Source: Candidatus Helarchaeota archaeon (GTDB lineage Archaea > Asgardarchaeota > Lokiarchaeia > Helarchaeales > RDOG01). From it: a stretch of DNA of 64,000 bases. The number at the start of each line of letters is the position of its first letter. Positions within the stretch are counted from its first letter, which is position 1. Positions 42,412 through 51,754 of the stretch are shown in pieces. A program made the translations under genes and the position numbers. The notes under the pieces were generated by a model. It saw only the letters and a program-made list of their open reading frames with translations, was not told the DNA's origin and did no database searches. Where the stretch lies: the NCBI GenBank assembly GCA_019058315.1, contig JAHPZH010000002.1, positions 96,001-160,000 of the forward strand, given 5' to 3'.

Positions 42412-44820
42412 GTGATATCTGGAGTTAGAAGGCGTGAGACCGCTGCTGAAGGAGCTAAATTATTTATTACTTCTGAAACATTATGCCAAAGATTAAGAAG
42501 AGAAATAGACAGGAAAAAAATTATTGAAATCACTGGAAAGAAGAGTAAATTTTTAGATTTTCTCTTAGGTTCTGTCACAATTCAATTATTTCATTATGTA
42601 GGTTTAAGAATAGATAAAATCACCTCCCAAACTCAATTATCTACTGAAACTGAGAAAGAATTCGAATTAAGCCAGAAAAAAACCTTATTTTCTGAGTTAA
42701 AAGACTTTTCCAGTGATTTTTTCTTAAAAGAAATTGAAATTTTTGAAAAAGAAGTGTTACTAGAACAAGAGATTATAAAGAATGCTATTAATCAAAGAAA
42801 AGAAAAAATAGATAAGGATGTAATTTTTACTCAAAACTTGAAATTCTTACGGTCTCAGTTAATATCCCTTTTTAGAAATTATCCAAATCAATGTTTTTAT
42901 GATTATCTAGGAAAAATTTTAGGTATTTCAGAAACAACAAGAAAAGAAATTCTCCAAAATGCCGCAGAATTTAAACCTACTCAAATTGAAATTGAAAAAG
43001 AAATGAAAAGGGAATATGAAGATGAATTTATAGAATTAGCCGTTTTTAATAGAATAAAAAAAATAATTAATGATAAATGGGAAATTATGGTTCCAAAACA
43101 ATTAGAAATGCAAAGTGTTATTTTAAAAAGATTAGAATCGGATATAATTAAATTTCTTATTGATAAGATCCCTTTTTCAGAAAAAGCTCTTAATTCCCAC
43201 CTTGAGAGTGGAATATTAAAATTAAAAATAATTGAAATAATAAAAGATTCTTGTAAAAATGATCATTTTTATGAAGAAATAGAATCTTCGATAATAAATT
43301 TACTAAATATAGAACTACACAAGCAAGCTTCAAAAGGTTCGAATTCGTTTTTGGATTTTATGTCAAATTTATTGCAAATATCATTAGATGAAGTTATGAG
43401 ATTCTTGGAAGTTCATGAAATAAAAAATGTTACAAATTTCTGTCAAGCCTTAACTTTAGAAATAGGAGAAATAGAAGAGAAATTAGAATCGAAATTAATA
43501 AGTGATTCTGATCTATTCCGTTTAGGTGATAGAGGACCATTAGTTCAAGCACAAAAAACTTTGGAGAGCTTAAAAGTTGAAGAAAGAGTTCCAGAAACAC
43601 TTTATGAAATGACACTGGAAGATCTATTTTCTGGAAAAACCCCTATATTTGGAAAACTCCTCAATGAAGTTTGTAAAAGAGTTAATATTTCCCCAGAAAC
43701 TCTAAAATCATTAATTGAAAAAGATAAATTGTTAAAACAGATTTTTAAGGATTCAGAGATTAGAGATATTGAACAAATAAGATTATCATTAAAAATGGAT
43801 AATATTTTAAAAGAAATTTCCCGTGAAATCTTTTATACCTTAATAACTAACTTTTTACGCTCGATTTCACGAATAGTCGAACAATATCAAAAAATCAAGA
43901 GGGATAAAGAAATATTTCTAATCGCAATCAACAGAATTTTTGATTTAAAGAGTTCAGAAAACTGGATTAAGGTTAAAGTTGAAGATCTAATAATTAATAA
44001 GATAATGGATAGACAAAAAGAGATCGTAGATCTAGTAGAAAATAAAGACCCATTTTTTATTAATGGATTTATATGGGCAAGATTATCTGATAAAACTATT
44101 AAAAAGGCACTAGAAGAATTGAAAAAAACAAATAGTCCAGTATATGAAGATATAAAACCTCTCTCACTATCCTTTGATAATATCCCTCCTATCTCATATG
44201 CGACTGCTTATGATATGTGTATCAGGATAGAAAAGGGTTTACAAACAAAGCGTTTAGAATCTAAAAAAAGAAAAGCAAAGGAAGAAGTAATGAAAACTGC
44301 TGAGACAAAACAAGTATTTAAGGATGCTGATACTTATGGCTGGTTGGAAAAGCGGATTAATATGTCTCTAATGAGAATCGGGAAAATTCAACCCAGTCAA
44401 CTCTATTGGAAAGAAGAAGATTCCAATAAGTTATCTAAAATTATATTGTTACATACTCAAGTTAAAAGAGGGCAGGAAATTTGTCCTGAATGCGGTGAAA
44501 ATGTAAATTTAGAAAAATGTGATATACATGGTCCATGTATACCAAAAAAAGCTTCATTAATAGATACTTTGGCTAAATTTTATTCCTTTTCTGTAGATAA
44601 ATTAAAAAAAGTCGATTTTAGTTCAGCTACAAATTTTGTTTTACAAACTGCGAGTCCAATTTTAAAAAAGAGACTTGGTCATGAACCAAAAATTGAAGAG
44701 TACGAGAAATTGCTCGAGGGTGAAATCTTAGAATTAGGTAAAGTATTAGGAGAAGATATAGGAAAAAAATTGAACAAGGCTTTATATAAAACTTGGCGTA
44801 AAAAAGAATTAGGGCGTTAA
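42412..44820 (+). CDS. Large helical hypothetical protein with zinc ribbon
   Basis: 802 aa; CPEC..CDIH. Confidence 0.75.
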   Translation: MISGVRRRETAAEGAKLFITSETLCQRLRREIDRKKIIEITGKKSKFLDFLLGSVTIQLFHYVGLRIDKITSQTQLSTETEKEFELSQKKTLFSELKDFSSDFFLKEIEIFEKEVLLEQEIIKNAINQRKEKIDKDVIFTQNLKFLRSQLISLFRNYPNQCFYDYLGKILGISETTRKEILQNAAEFKPTQIEIEKEMKREYEDEFIELAVFNRIKKIINDKWEIMVPKQLEMQSVILKRLESDIIKFLIDKIPFSEKALNSHLESGILKLKIIEIIKDSCKNDHFYEEIESSIINLLNIELHKQASKGSNSFLDFMSNLLQISLDEVMRFLEVHEIKNVTNFCQALTLEIGEIEEKLESKLISDSDLFRLGDRGPLVQAQKTLESLKVEERVPETLYEMTLEDLFSGKTPIFGKLLNEVCKRVNISPETLKSLIEKDKLLKQIFKDSEIRDIEQIRLSLKMDNILKEISREIFYTLITNFLRSISRIVEQYQKIKRDKEIFLIAINRIFDLKSSENWIKVKVEDLIINKIMDRQKEIVDLVENKDPFFINGFIWARLSDKTIKKALEELKKTNSPVYEDIKPLSLSFDNIPPISYATAYDMCIRIEKGLQTKRLESKKRKAKEEVMKTAETKQVFKDADTYGWLEKRINMSLMRIGKIQPSQLYWKEEDSNKLSKIILLHTQVKRGQEICPECGENVNLEKCDIHGPCIPKKASLIDTLAKFYSFSVDKLKKVDFSSATNFVLQTASPILKKRLGHEPKIEEYEKLLEGEILELGKVLGEDIGKKLNKALYKTWRKKELGR

Positions 44821-44831
44821 CAAATATTCTA

Positions 44832-45452
44832 TTAGGGTTTTTTTAGACTCAAATAATATTTCAAAACAGCGTCCCGAGCTACCTGTTGAAATGATCTTTT
44901 GATATTTTTACCCTGAATTGCAATCGTATCGTAGATCTGGGTCGACATTTCTATTCCGTGAGGATTAACTATAGTTCCTAGTCCTTTTTCCTTTAAATAT
45001 TCTTCAACTTTTGTTTTTGAAATCAAGTTAGGTAGATCAACTTTATTCAGTTGGACCAAAAAAGGGATCTTCTTTCCTAGAGCTCCACTTAAATGACCAA
45101 TCAATTCATCGAGACTCCAAAGATTTTCTTCCGTTTGGTCCTCTTGTGCGTCCCATACGAAGATTACCGCGTCTACGCCATTTAGAATCGTTTTACGCTG
45201 AAATTTATGGCGTTTTTGACCAGCAACTGTATAGACTTGTAGAGAAACGCCTCCAACACCCGCAGTCATACGATCAAAGAATAGGGTTCGCCCAGTGGGA
45301 TCCACTATTGACTGCATCTTACCCTTAGCCATCCCCTCTTTCTCGAACATCCACTTTACGGCTGTTGTTTTTCCCGATAAAGATGCTCCCCAGTACACAA
45401 TTTTGAATACTAACTTACCATCAGAACCTCGACTGGGGCACACAAATTTCAC
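44832..45452 (-). CDS. MglA-family small GTPase
   Basis: KIVYWGASLSGKTT, RTLFFD, TVAGQ, NKVDL. Confidence 0.9.
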   Translation of the reverse strand: MKFVCPSRGSDGKLVFKIVYWGASLSGKTTAVKWMFEKEGMAKGKMQSIVDPTGRTLFFDRMTAGVGGVSLQVYTVAGQKRHKFQRKTILNGVDAVIFVWDAQEDQTEENLWSLDELIGHLSGALGKKIPFLVQLNKVDLPNLISKTKVEEYLKEKGLGTIVNPHGIEMSTQIYDTIAIQGKNIKRSFQQVARDAVLKYYLSLKKP

Positions 45453-45631
45453 CTTTTGTTTTGTAGATTGCGTAATTCATTTAGAAAGGGGATAATAAAA
45501 ATTTAATTGTTTAAACTACTTTTTTATTTTTCCTTTTAAAATATTGCGAAGTAATTGATTTTATTAATTTGAATAAATGATATTTTATCTGGATAGAAAT
45601 TAAACCATTAAATATCTCACTATTTTTTTCC

Positions 45632-46720
45632 TTAAAACCCCGCTTGTTCTAGGGGTGGAAGCCAAGCTTTTTTTACTTCTTTCAAAGACTCATAAATTTG
45701 GATAAAATCTTTGGAAATTGGAAGAATCATTTCAAGATCCGCTTTTTTAATTGAAAAATACCCATTTTCCTTTAAAAGCCTCGTAAGATGAAAATGGTTA
45801 TCATGTACAAAAGCCATCATAACTGGAGATTCCATAGCAGCTATAGCTTCTAATTTATTGAGAAGGGAATATCCAATATCATATATTCTAGACTCTAGGT
45901 CAATAAAGAAGTCTGCAAGAACATATGAACTTAGATAATATTTTAATATTAAAGTATAGGATTTTAAGATAGATCCTCCACCAATCAACTGTCGACCTCT
46001 TTTTATTGCTAAATTTATACTCTTATCCCTTTTAGGTCTATTTACTTTAAACCAATGCCAGTAATTTTTATCGTATACATTGCCACCAATGAAATTTTTA
46101 TTATGCTCATTTATTTTTTTAATAAATTCCAATTGTTCTCCTTTTTGAATTTCAAATTGTATATTTTTCGCTCTTTTTCTTCTTTTTGCTTTTAATTTCA
46201 ATAAATAGAATAATGGGAAAAAGGGGAATAGGGGAAAAATTTCCTTTCTAAATTTCAGAGGATTGATAATTTTCATAAAAAGAGAATAATATATTTTATA
46301 AATATAGCCAAGTCTTTTGTAAAGTTTCCTTGCATGCCCTCCTGGATCTGCCATAAGGACTGAACCATCTGCACCATAATTCTTAGTAAACTCTATTGCA
46401 CGTTCCATTAGATTTCTAGCAATTCCTCTTTTTTCTAAAATTGGACATGTAGCCACATCATCAATTCCTCCAAACAAAAATTCTTGATCCCCAAATCTCA
46501 TTTTATGAAAAGTAACAATAACGCTTCCAACTATTATACCATTCTTTTCTGCAATCATAATTCCTTCAGGAATAAACCTTGGAGGTCTTTTTTTATATTT
46601 CCAATCCCAAAATTCTAATGTCCTAGGTTGACAGAATCTTGTTTTACAAAAAGCACTATGGAATAGTTTATCAATTCCTGATTCATCACCATCTTGGAAA
46701 ATTCGGTATTTAATTGGCAT
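45632..46720 (-). CDS. Tandem GNAT acetyltransferase
   Basis: DVATCP..KRGIARNLM, LYKRLGY. Confidence 0.85.
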   Translation of the reverse strand: MPIKYRIFQDGDESGIDKLFHSAFCKTRFCQPRTLEFWDWKYKKRPPRFIPEGIMIAEKNGIIVGSVIVTFHKMRFGDQEFLFGGIDDVATCPILEKRGIARNLMERAIEFTKNYGADGSVLMADPGGHARKLYKRLGYIYKIYYSLFMKIINPLKFRKEIFPLFPFFPLFYLLKLKAKRRKRAKNIQFEIQKGEQLEFIKKINEHNKNFIGGNVYDKNYWHWFKVNRPKRDKSINLAIKRGRQLIGGGSILKSYTLILKYYLSSYVLADFFIDLESRIYDIGYSLLNKLEAIAAMESPVMMAFVHDNHFHLTRLLKENGYFSIKKADLEMILPISKDFIQIYESLKEVKKAWLPPLEQAGF

Positions 46721-46744
46721 TTCGTATCAATGAATAAAAAATAG

Positions 46745-48094
46745 TTAAGTTAAAAGCTCTAACTTTGTCCTATCTTCCAAAACGGCTTTTGTGCAAGCTA
46801 ATGCTGATGTATGGGCTATTTCACCTCCAGTGCCTGGAACACCATAAGAATCACCTGCAAAATAAAGCCCCTCAATTTCACTTTTCACTTTAGGGCGTAA
46901 ATTACGATGTTGAGTAATAAATGGTACTGCCCCATCAACAATTCCTGCACTAGTTCTATGCCAAATAATTTTATTAGAAAAATCATGATACATTTCGTTT
47001 AAAATATTCATAAGATTATCTTTTACTTGTTTAATTTTATCTTTATCGGAGATAACATCTAATTCAGTTGGTTGGAAAATTGTATAAATTTGTTCTCCTT
47101 CTGGCACAATACTTTCGTCCAGATTTGATGCAAAGAAAGACATAGTAAAAGGATCTTTTGTTAAGATAGTTCCATCATGATCCGATATTTTTTCTTTAAG
47201 CCCAAAATCCATGAACACACCAACGGTAGGTATAATGTTTTTAGCCATTTTAATAAAATCTGGTGAAAAATTCGATTCAGAAATTAGATCAAATATTGAT
47301 TTAGAAGGTATTGCCAATATAACAGTATTTGCTTCTATAAATTCTCCACCTAGATTTACACCCACAATTGATTTATTATCAATCTTCACACTATCAACCT
47401 TTGATTTCGTTCTTATTTCTCCATGCTCTTTAATAATTGAAGTTAATTTTTCAATTATTGATTTCCAACCTCCACGAGGATAACAAGTTCCTGATGGTGC
47501 TTTTGATCCAGTTTTAATACCATCAACAAATTCTCCTGATGACAACATTTCAGTTTTTGTTGATACACACATTAGATTTGCTACTACGACAAGAAAATCC
47601 TTAATAGGTTCTGATAATTTACCATGTTTATCTTCAAGCTCTTTAATATAATCAGGTACAGATATATCTAAGTAATCATCAACTTTTAATTTTAAAATAT
47701 CCACTAAAACCGGTCCAAATGTCTTCTTCTCTTCATCATTAAAGATATCGGTCGAAGCTAGACCACGCATAGAGAGTGGAAAATCATGAAATGCGCCATC
47801 TTGGAATAATTTAATATCGCCACAATTAATTATATCTAATTTTTCGCCAAGTTGTTTCTTAAATATCTTATACATTGAACTTTTTGTTGAATATCTTATT
47901 AAATGAATCCCAAAGTCGACAATATAACCTTTTTTGTATTCAATTGAATTAGATCTGCCACCTAGCATGGAAGTTTTTTCTAAAAGTAAAATTTTTTGTC
48001 CATTTTTTGCTAAAATCGCTCCAGTGAGTAATCCTGCTATTCCACCACCAACAATTATGGTATCAAACGTCAAAAAAATAAACCTCTTTAACAC
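46745..48094 (-). CDS. FAD-dependent oxidoreductase (phytoene desaturase-like)
   Basis: GGGIAG, LEK..LGGR, YPRGG, GLYFAGD. Confidence 0.85.
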   Translation of the reverse strand: MLKRFIFLTFDTIIVGGGIAGLLTGAILAKNGQKILLLEKTSMLGGRSNSIEYKKGYIVDFGIHLIRYSTKSSMYKIFKKQLGEKLDIINCGDIKLFQDGAFHDFPLSMRGLASTDIFNDEEKKTFGPVLVDILKLKVDDYLDISVPDYIKELEDKHGKLSEPIKDFLVVVANLMCVSTKTEMLSSGEFVDGIKTGSKAPSGTCYPRGGWKSIIEKLTSIIKEHGEIRTKSKVDSVKIDNKSIVGVNLGGEFIEANTVILAIPSKSIFDLISESNFSPDFIKMAKNIIPTVGVFMDFGLKEKISDHDGTILTKDPFTMSFFASNLDESIVPEGEQIYTIFQPTELDVISDKDKIKQVKDNLMNILNEMYHDFSNKIIWHRTSAGIVDGAVPFITQHRNLRPKVKSEIEGLYFAGDSYGVPGTGGEIAHTSALACTKAVLEDRTKLELLT

Positions 48095-48266
48095 TCTTTT
48101 TAGATAAATATTTGTTCCTCAAATGAAATTATTTTAAATTAGTATTAATTTAATTTTAAATGAAACGATTTTAAATTAATATTGATAGATTTGAAAATAA
48201 GTATCAAAAATATATTCAAAATTTAAATTAAAAATAATTAATATCAAAAGATGGGCGAATTTAAAA

Positions 48267-48914
48267 ATGTCAGATCGATTTTGGGATAAGCAAGGGCGTC
48301 CTTTTGTATTAGAAGGAGAAACCATTCAACATAGTGTTCCCGAAGTGCATATCTCAGGCAGTGCTGCTTCTAAAGGTCTTATGGAAATTGGGGATTTAAA
48401 AATGGGGGATCTATACGTTACAAATACTCGATTAATCTTTATTGGGGAAGTTAGAAAATCAAAGGATCCAAGACAAAAATTTGATGGTTTAAGTATTTTT
48501 TATGATGATATAAGTGAATTAGGGAAAGTTCAAAAAGATAAGTTTTCAGTATTATGTGTTTTCAAAAAAGGCCGTTGGAGATCACAAAAAGCTAGGGTCT
48601 ATTTTAAAAAGTTACCAAAAGATCAAATTGAAAAAGTGACTGATTATATACGAAATGCCTTGCAAGAAATAGAATATGCTGAAACTGGTGAACGACCAGA
48701 ACCAAGAGAAAAAATTGAGAAAAAAAACAAGGAGAAAATTGAAGAAGAGAAAAAAGTTGATCCCGATCTACTAAAAGCTCAAGCAATGTTTAGCGAGATA
48801 AAAGAAGATTCCGTTGAATTAATGTGCCCTGCATGTGGTGGTTATGTATTATACAAACCTGGGATGAAAACTTGCCCAATATGTGGAAAAGAAGTGAATT
48901 TTTTACCAGAATAA
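48267..48914 (+). CDS. GRAM/PH-like domain + zinc ribbon protein
   Basis: LEGETI..GDLYVTNTRLIF; CPAC..CPIC. Confidence 0.7.
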   Translation: MSDRFWDKQGRPFVLEGETIQHSVPEVHISGSAASKGLMEIGDLKMGDLYVTNTRLIFIGEVRKSKDPRQKFDGLSIFYDDISELGKVQKDKFSVLCVFKKGRWRSQKARVYFKKLPKDQIEKVTDYIRNALQEIEYAETGERPEPREKIEKKNKEKIEEEKKVDPDLLKAQAMFSEIKEDSVELMCPACGGYVLYKPGMKTCPICGKEVNFLPE

Positions 48915-48965
48915 TCTAAAAAAAAGAGAAGTCGAATTTCAAACTTAAAAAAATCATTTTTTAAT

Positions 48966-49556
48966 TTATTTTTTAATATAACAAGACAGAATTTTTTTTG
49001 CACATAAAGTAAATGCATTCTTTACATTCTTTCCGTCAATTGCTACCGTTTCTATAAAATCTACATTTCTTAATTTTGCTTTTTTAAATATTTCTTCCGC
49101 ATCTTTTCTAGTTACTCTTTTACCACGAGCAAGATCAATTTTATTGAACATACAGATCATAGGTAAATCTAATAATTTTCTTTTAAGAATTTCAATTAAT
49201 AAATTAATTGCAGCTAGATTATCCTTCCAAGCTTCTTTTGAGGCGTCCCAGACGAAAATTATTCCATCAACACCCCCTAAAATAGCCTTTTGGAGTGACT
49301 CAAAACTTTTTTTTCCGACTACACTCCACACTTGAAAAGAAACATTTGATTTACCAATTTTTGCCATCATTCGATCGAAAAATGACGCATCACGACCAGC
49401 TCTAACTTGAGTTAATTTTCCAGTTTGGATTCCCTTCTCCTTATCATGTATCCATCTAATGGATGTCCCTTTACCTGCTAATTCTGGTCCAAAATATACC
49501 ATTTTAAATACCAATGAACCATCAGGCAATTTTTGGGGCATCTTATTCCAACTCAT
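48966..49556 (-). CDS. MglA-family small GTPase, degenerate paralog
   Basis: KMVYFGPELAGKGT, ASFFD, SVVGK, NKIDL. Confidence 0.85.
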   Translation of the reverse strand: MSWNKMPQKLPDGSLVFKMVYFGPELAGKGTSIRWIHDKEKGIQTGKLTQVRAGRDASFFDRMMAKIGKSNVSFQVWSVVGKKSFESLQKAILGGVDGIIFVWDASKEAWKDNLAAINLLIEILKRKLLDLPMICMFNKIDLARGKRVTRKDAEEIFKKAKLRNVDFIETVAIDGKNVKNAFTLCAKKILSCYIKK

Positions 49557-49776
49557 AAAGGAATTTCAATCTTAAACTATTTTTTTAGTATAATTTATGT
49601 ACTATTATTTTTAAAAATTTTGAAGTATGCGTTCGATCTCTTTAATGTTAGAAAATTAAATATAAATGTTTATGTATAAAAAGAAAAATCTAAAAGTCAT
49701 AGTTTACTAAATGAAGACATTGATTCGATTGATCATAAATTGTAAATTTTTAGATTATTAAATATGAAAATTAGGT

Positions 49777-51453
49777 TTGAAAAAAATGGGAAAGTTAAGA
49801 GAAATTACAATCGACCTAGAATCTCTTTCTGAAGAAGTAATTTATAAATATGGCGACTACCATGCAGGCTTCCGAGAATTATTACAAAATGCAAGCGATG
49901 CAATTAAAGATTATGAAGATATAAACAAACATAAGGATAAAAAATTTAGTGGATTTATTTCAGTATCATTATTTCCCCGTCATATTGTTATTAAAGACAA
50001 TGGGATAGGTCTAGCGAGTAAAGAAATAGATGAGTATTTGTTAAGGTTATATGGAACAGATAAAAAAGAAAAAGAAAGAGCAGGTATATTTGGAAGGGGT
50101 TTTTTTGCCATTTTTAAAGAATCTAAGGAAATTTATGTAATAACTCAAAGACCAGGAGAAAAAAAAGTATATTTAAAAGTCTATCCTAAAGATAATTGGT
50201 TTGTTTGTGAAGAATTGGCGTTAAAGGAGATTCCAAATAAATTTCTTGATTATACTTTATTAATTGAGCATGGTCATGGTACCAATTTAGTAGTAATTCC
50301 TAATCAAATTACGTTTAACATAGACGAAATACATAAATATTTAATTCAAACTTGCCAATTTTTTGAAATCCCATTGGTGATAAACGGTCATTCGATAAAT
50401 AAAACTTTTTTAGACGCTGTAAAGGAAGAATTAAATAATAAAGCTATTGTTGATTTTAATGAATTTGATAAAAATGACCCAAATAAGAGAATTAGTGGTT
50501 GTCTTGCGTATCAAACCGCGAATAATATGATTCAAGCATTTGTATATCGAATTAAAGTATTAAATTTAATTTCTCCCGTTGATTCAGTCTGTGGATATAT
50601 AAATTATGATCAATTAAAGGTCGTTCCTAGCCGTGATGCTCTTGTCCAAGATGAAAATTATCATTTTTTTATTAGAGTATTATCAGAACAATGTGATAAA
50701 GTAATGAAGAAGCTTTCTGAGAATCCACAAAAAGATGATTATCAAGCATTATTAAATTATGGTATTTTAAAGAAAGATCCTAGCTATATTTTAAAAGTTC
50801 CACTTTATAATATTGTTGGGGAAAGAGAAAAATATTCAATGAATGATATTTTAAATGCTATTACCACTAAAATGCTATTTCACACAAAAAAAAGAAACTT
50901 GGTAGCAGATAGATTGCGTAAACGAGGATTTATTGTTATAACAGATTTTTCAGAAAAAGAATTTGAGATGTTACAGCTCATTATAGATCAACAACGAAAT
51001 ATCACTCTATTAAGTGTAGAAAGTCCAGTTGCAAGTAAATTTGCAGGTTTAGGGAAACGGTATATTGTTCCAGAAGATGATCTATCTTCGTTAGAAAAAA
51101 AAATATTAAATATGACAAGAGAAATGGTTGATGAATTCTCTGGAGAGAAGGGTAAAATTAAAGTGTTCATTATAAAAGGTGACTTAATAGATGAAGCTGA
51201 ACATATTCCCGGTCAAATTTGGATACAAAGAGAGGGTAAAATATTAAATTTAGCTAAAAAAATTACAAAATATCCGACTTTGGTAAAAATGCTCCTAACT
51301 CCGCTTATAGCTCATGAAATTACACATGAGACTGACAAAGAAATCCATGATGAGACGTTTTACGAAATGCTAGAAACAAATTTAAAGAAAATGCAGGAAA
51401 AAATAATCCAAAAATTCTTGAATTTAGAGAAAAAAGCGTTATTAAAATTATGA
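49777..51453 (+). CDS. GHKL (Hsp90-like) ATPase with C-terminal HExxH motif
   Basis: RELLQNASDA, DNGIGL, GIFGRGF, GHGT; AHEITHE..HDETF. Confidence 0.8.
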   Translation: MKKMGKLREITIDLESLSEEVIYKYGDYHAGFRELLQNASDAIKDYEDINKHKDKKFSGFISVSLFPRHIVIKDNGIGLASKEIDEYLLRLYGTDKKEKERAGIFGRGFFAIFKESKEIYVITQRPGEKKVYLKVYPKDNWFVCEELALKEIPNKFLDYTLLIEHGHGTNLVVIPNQITFNIDEIHKYLIQTCQFFEIPLVINGHSINKTFLDAVKEELNNKAIVDFNEFDKNDPNKRISGCLAYQTANNMIQAFVYRIKVLNLISPVDSVCGYINYDQLKVVPSRDALVQDENYHFFIRVLSEQCDKVMKKLSENPQKDDYQALLNYGILKKDPSYILKVPLYNIVGEREKYSMNDILNAITTKMLFHTKKRNLVADRLRKRGFIVITDFSEKEFEMLQLIIDQQRNITLLSVESPVASKFAGLGKRYIVPEDDLSSLEKKILNMTREMVDEFSGEKGKIKVFIIKGDLIDEAEHIPGQIWIQREGKILNLAKKITKYPTLVKMLLTPLIAHEITHETDKEIHDETFYEMLETNLKKMQEKIIQKFLNLEKKALLKL

Positions 51454-51457
51454 AATA

Positions 51458-51691
51458 TTAGGTTCCAAAACCAACAAACTTCTTTTCACGTAGTTTCTTA
51501 TGATGTTCGCGTTCTTTTTCTGCATTGACATTACTTAAATGAGAGAATGACTCCTTGGACTTTTCCTCAAGCCCCATCTGTTTAATCTTTTCCCTCTCTT
51601 CTTTAACACGCTGAATCTCCACTTTTTCGTCTTCTTCATTTGTTTCATTTAATTCTTCTTCGCTCAATTGATCAACCCTTAGCTCATTCAA
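51458..51691 (-). CDS. Small charged protein
   Basis: 77-aa ORF rich in Glu and Lys. Confidence 0.55.
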   Translation of the reverse strand: MNELRVDQLSEEELNETNEEDEKVEIQRVKEEREKIKQMGLEEKSKESFSHLSNVNAEKEREHHKKLREKKFVGFGT

Positions 51692-51754
51692 TTATTTGTT
51701 AATAATGTTAGCATTTTATTCCTTTTAAATAAACATCAATGTAAATATAATATC

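Noticed and set aside
46745-48094. Rab-GDI-like regulator between two GTPases
   Set aside because: Intact GxGxxG and GD FAD motifs indicate an ordinary oxidoreductase
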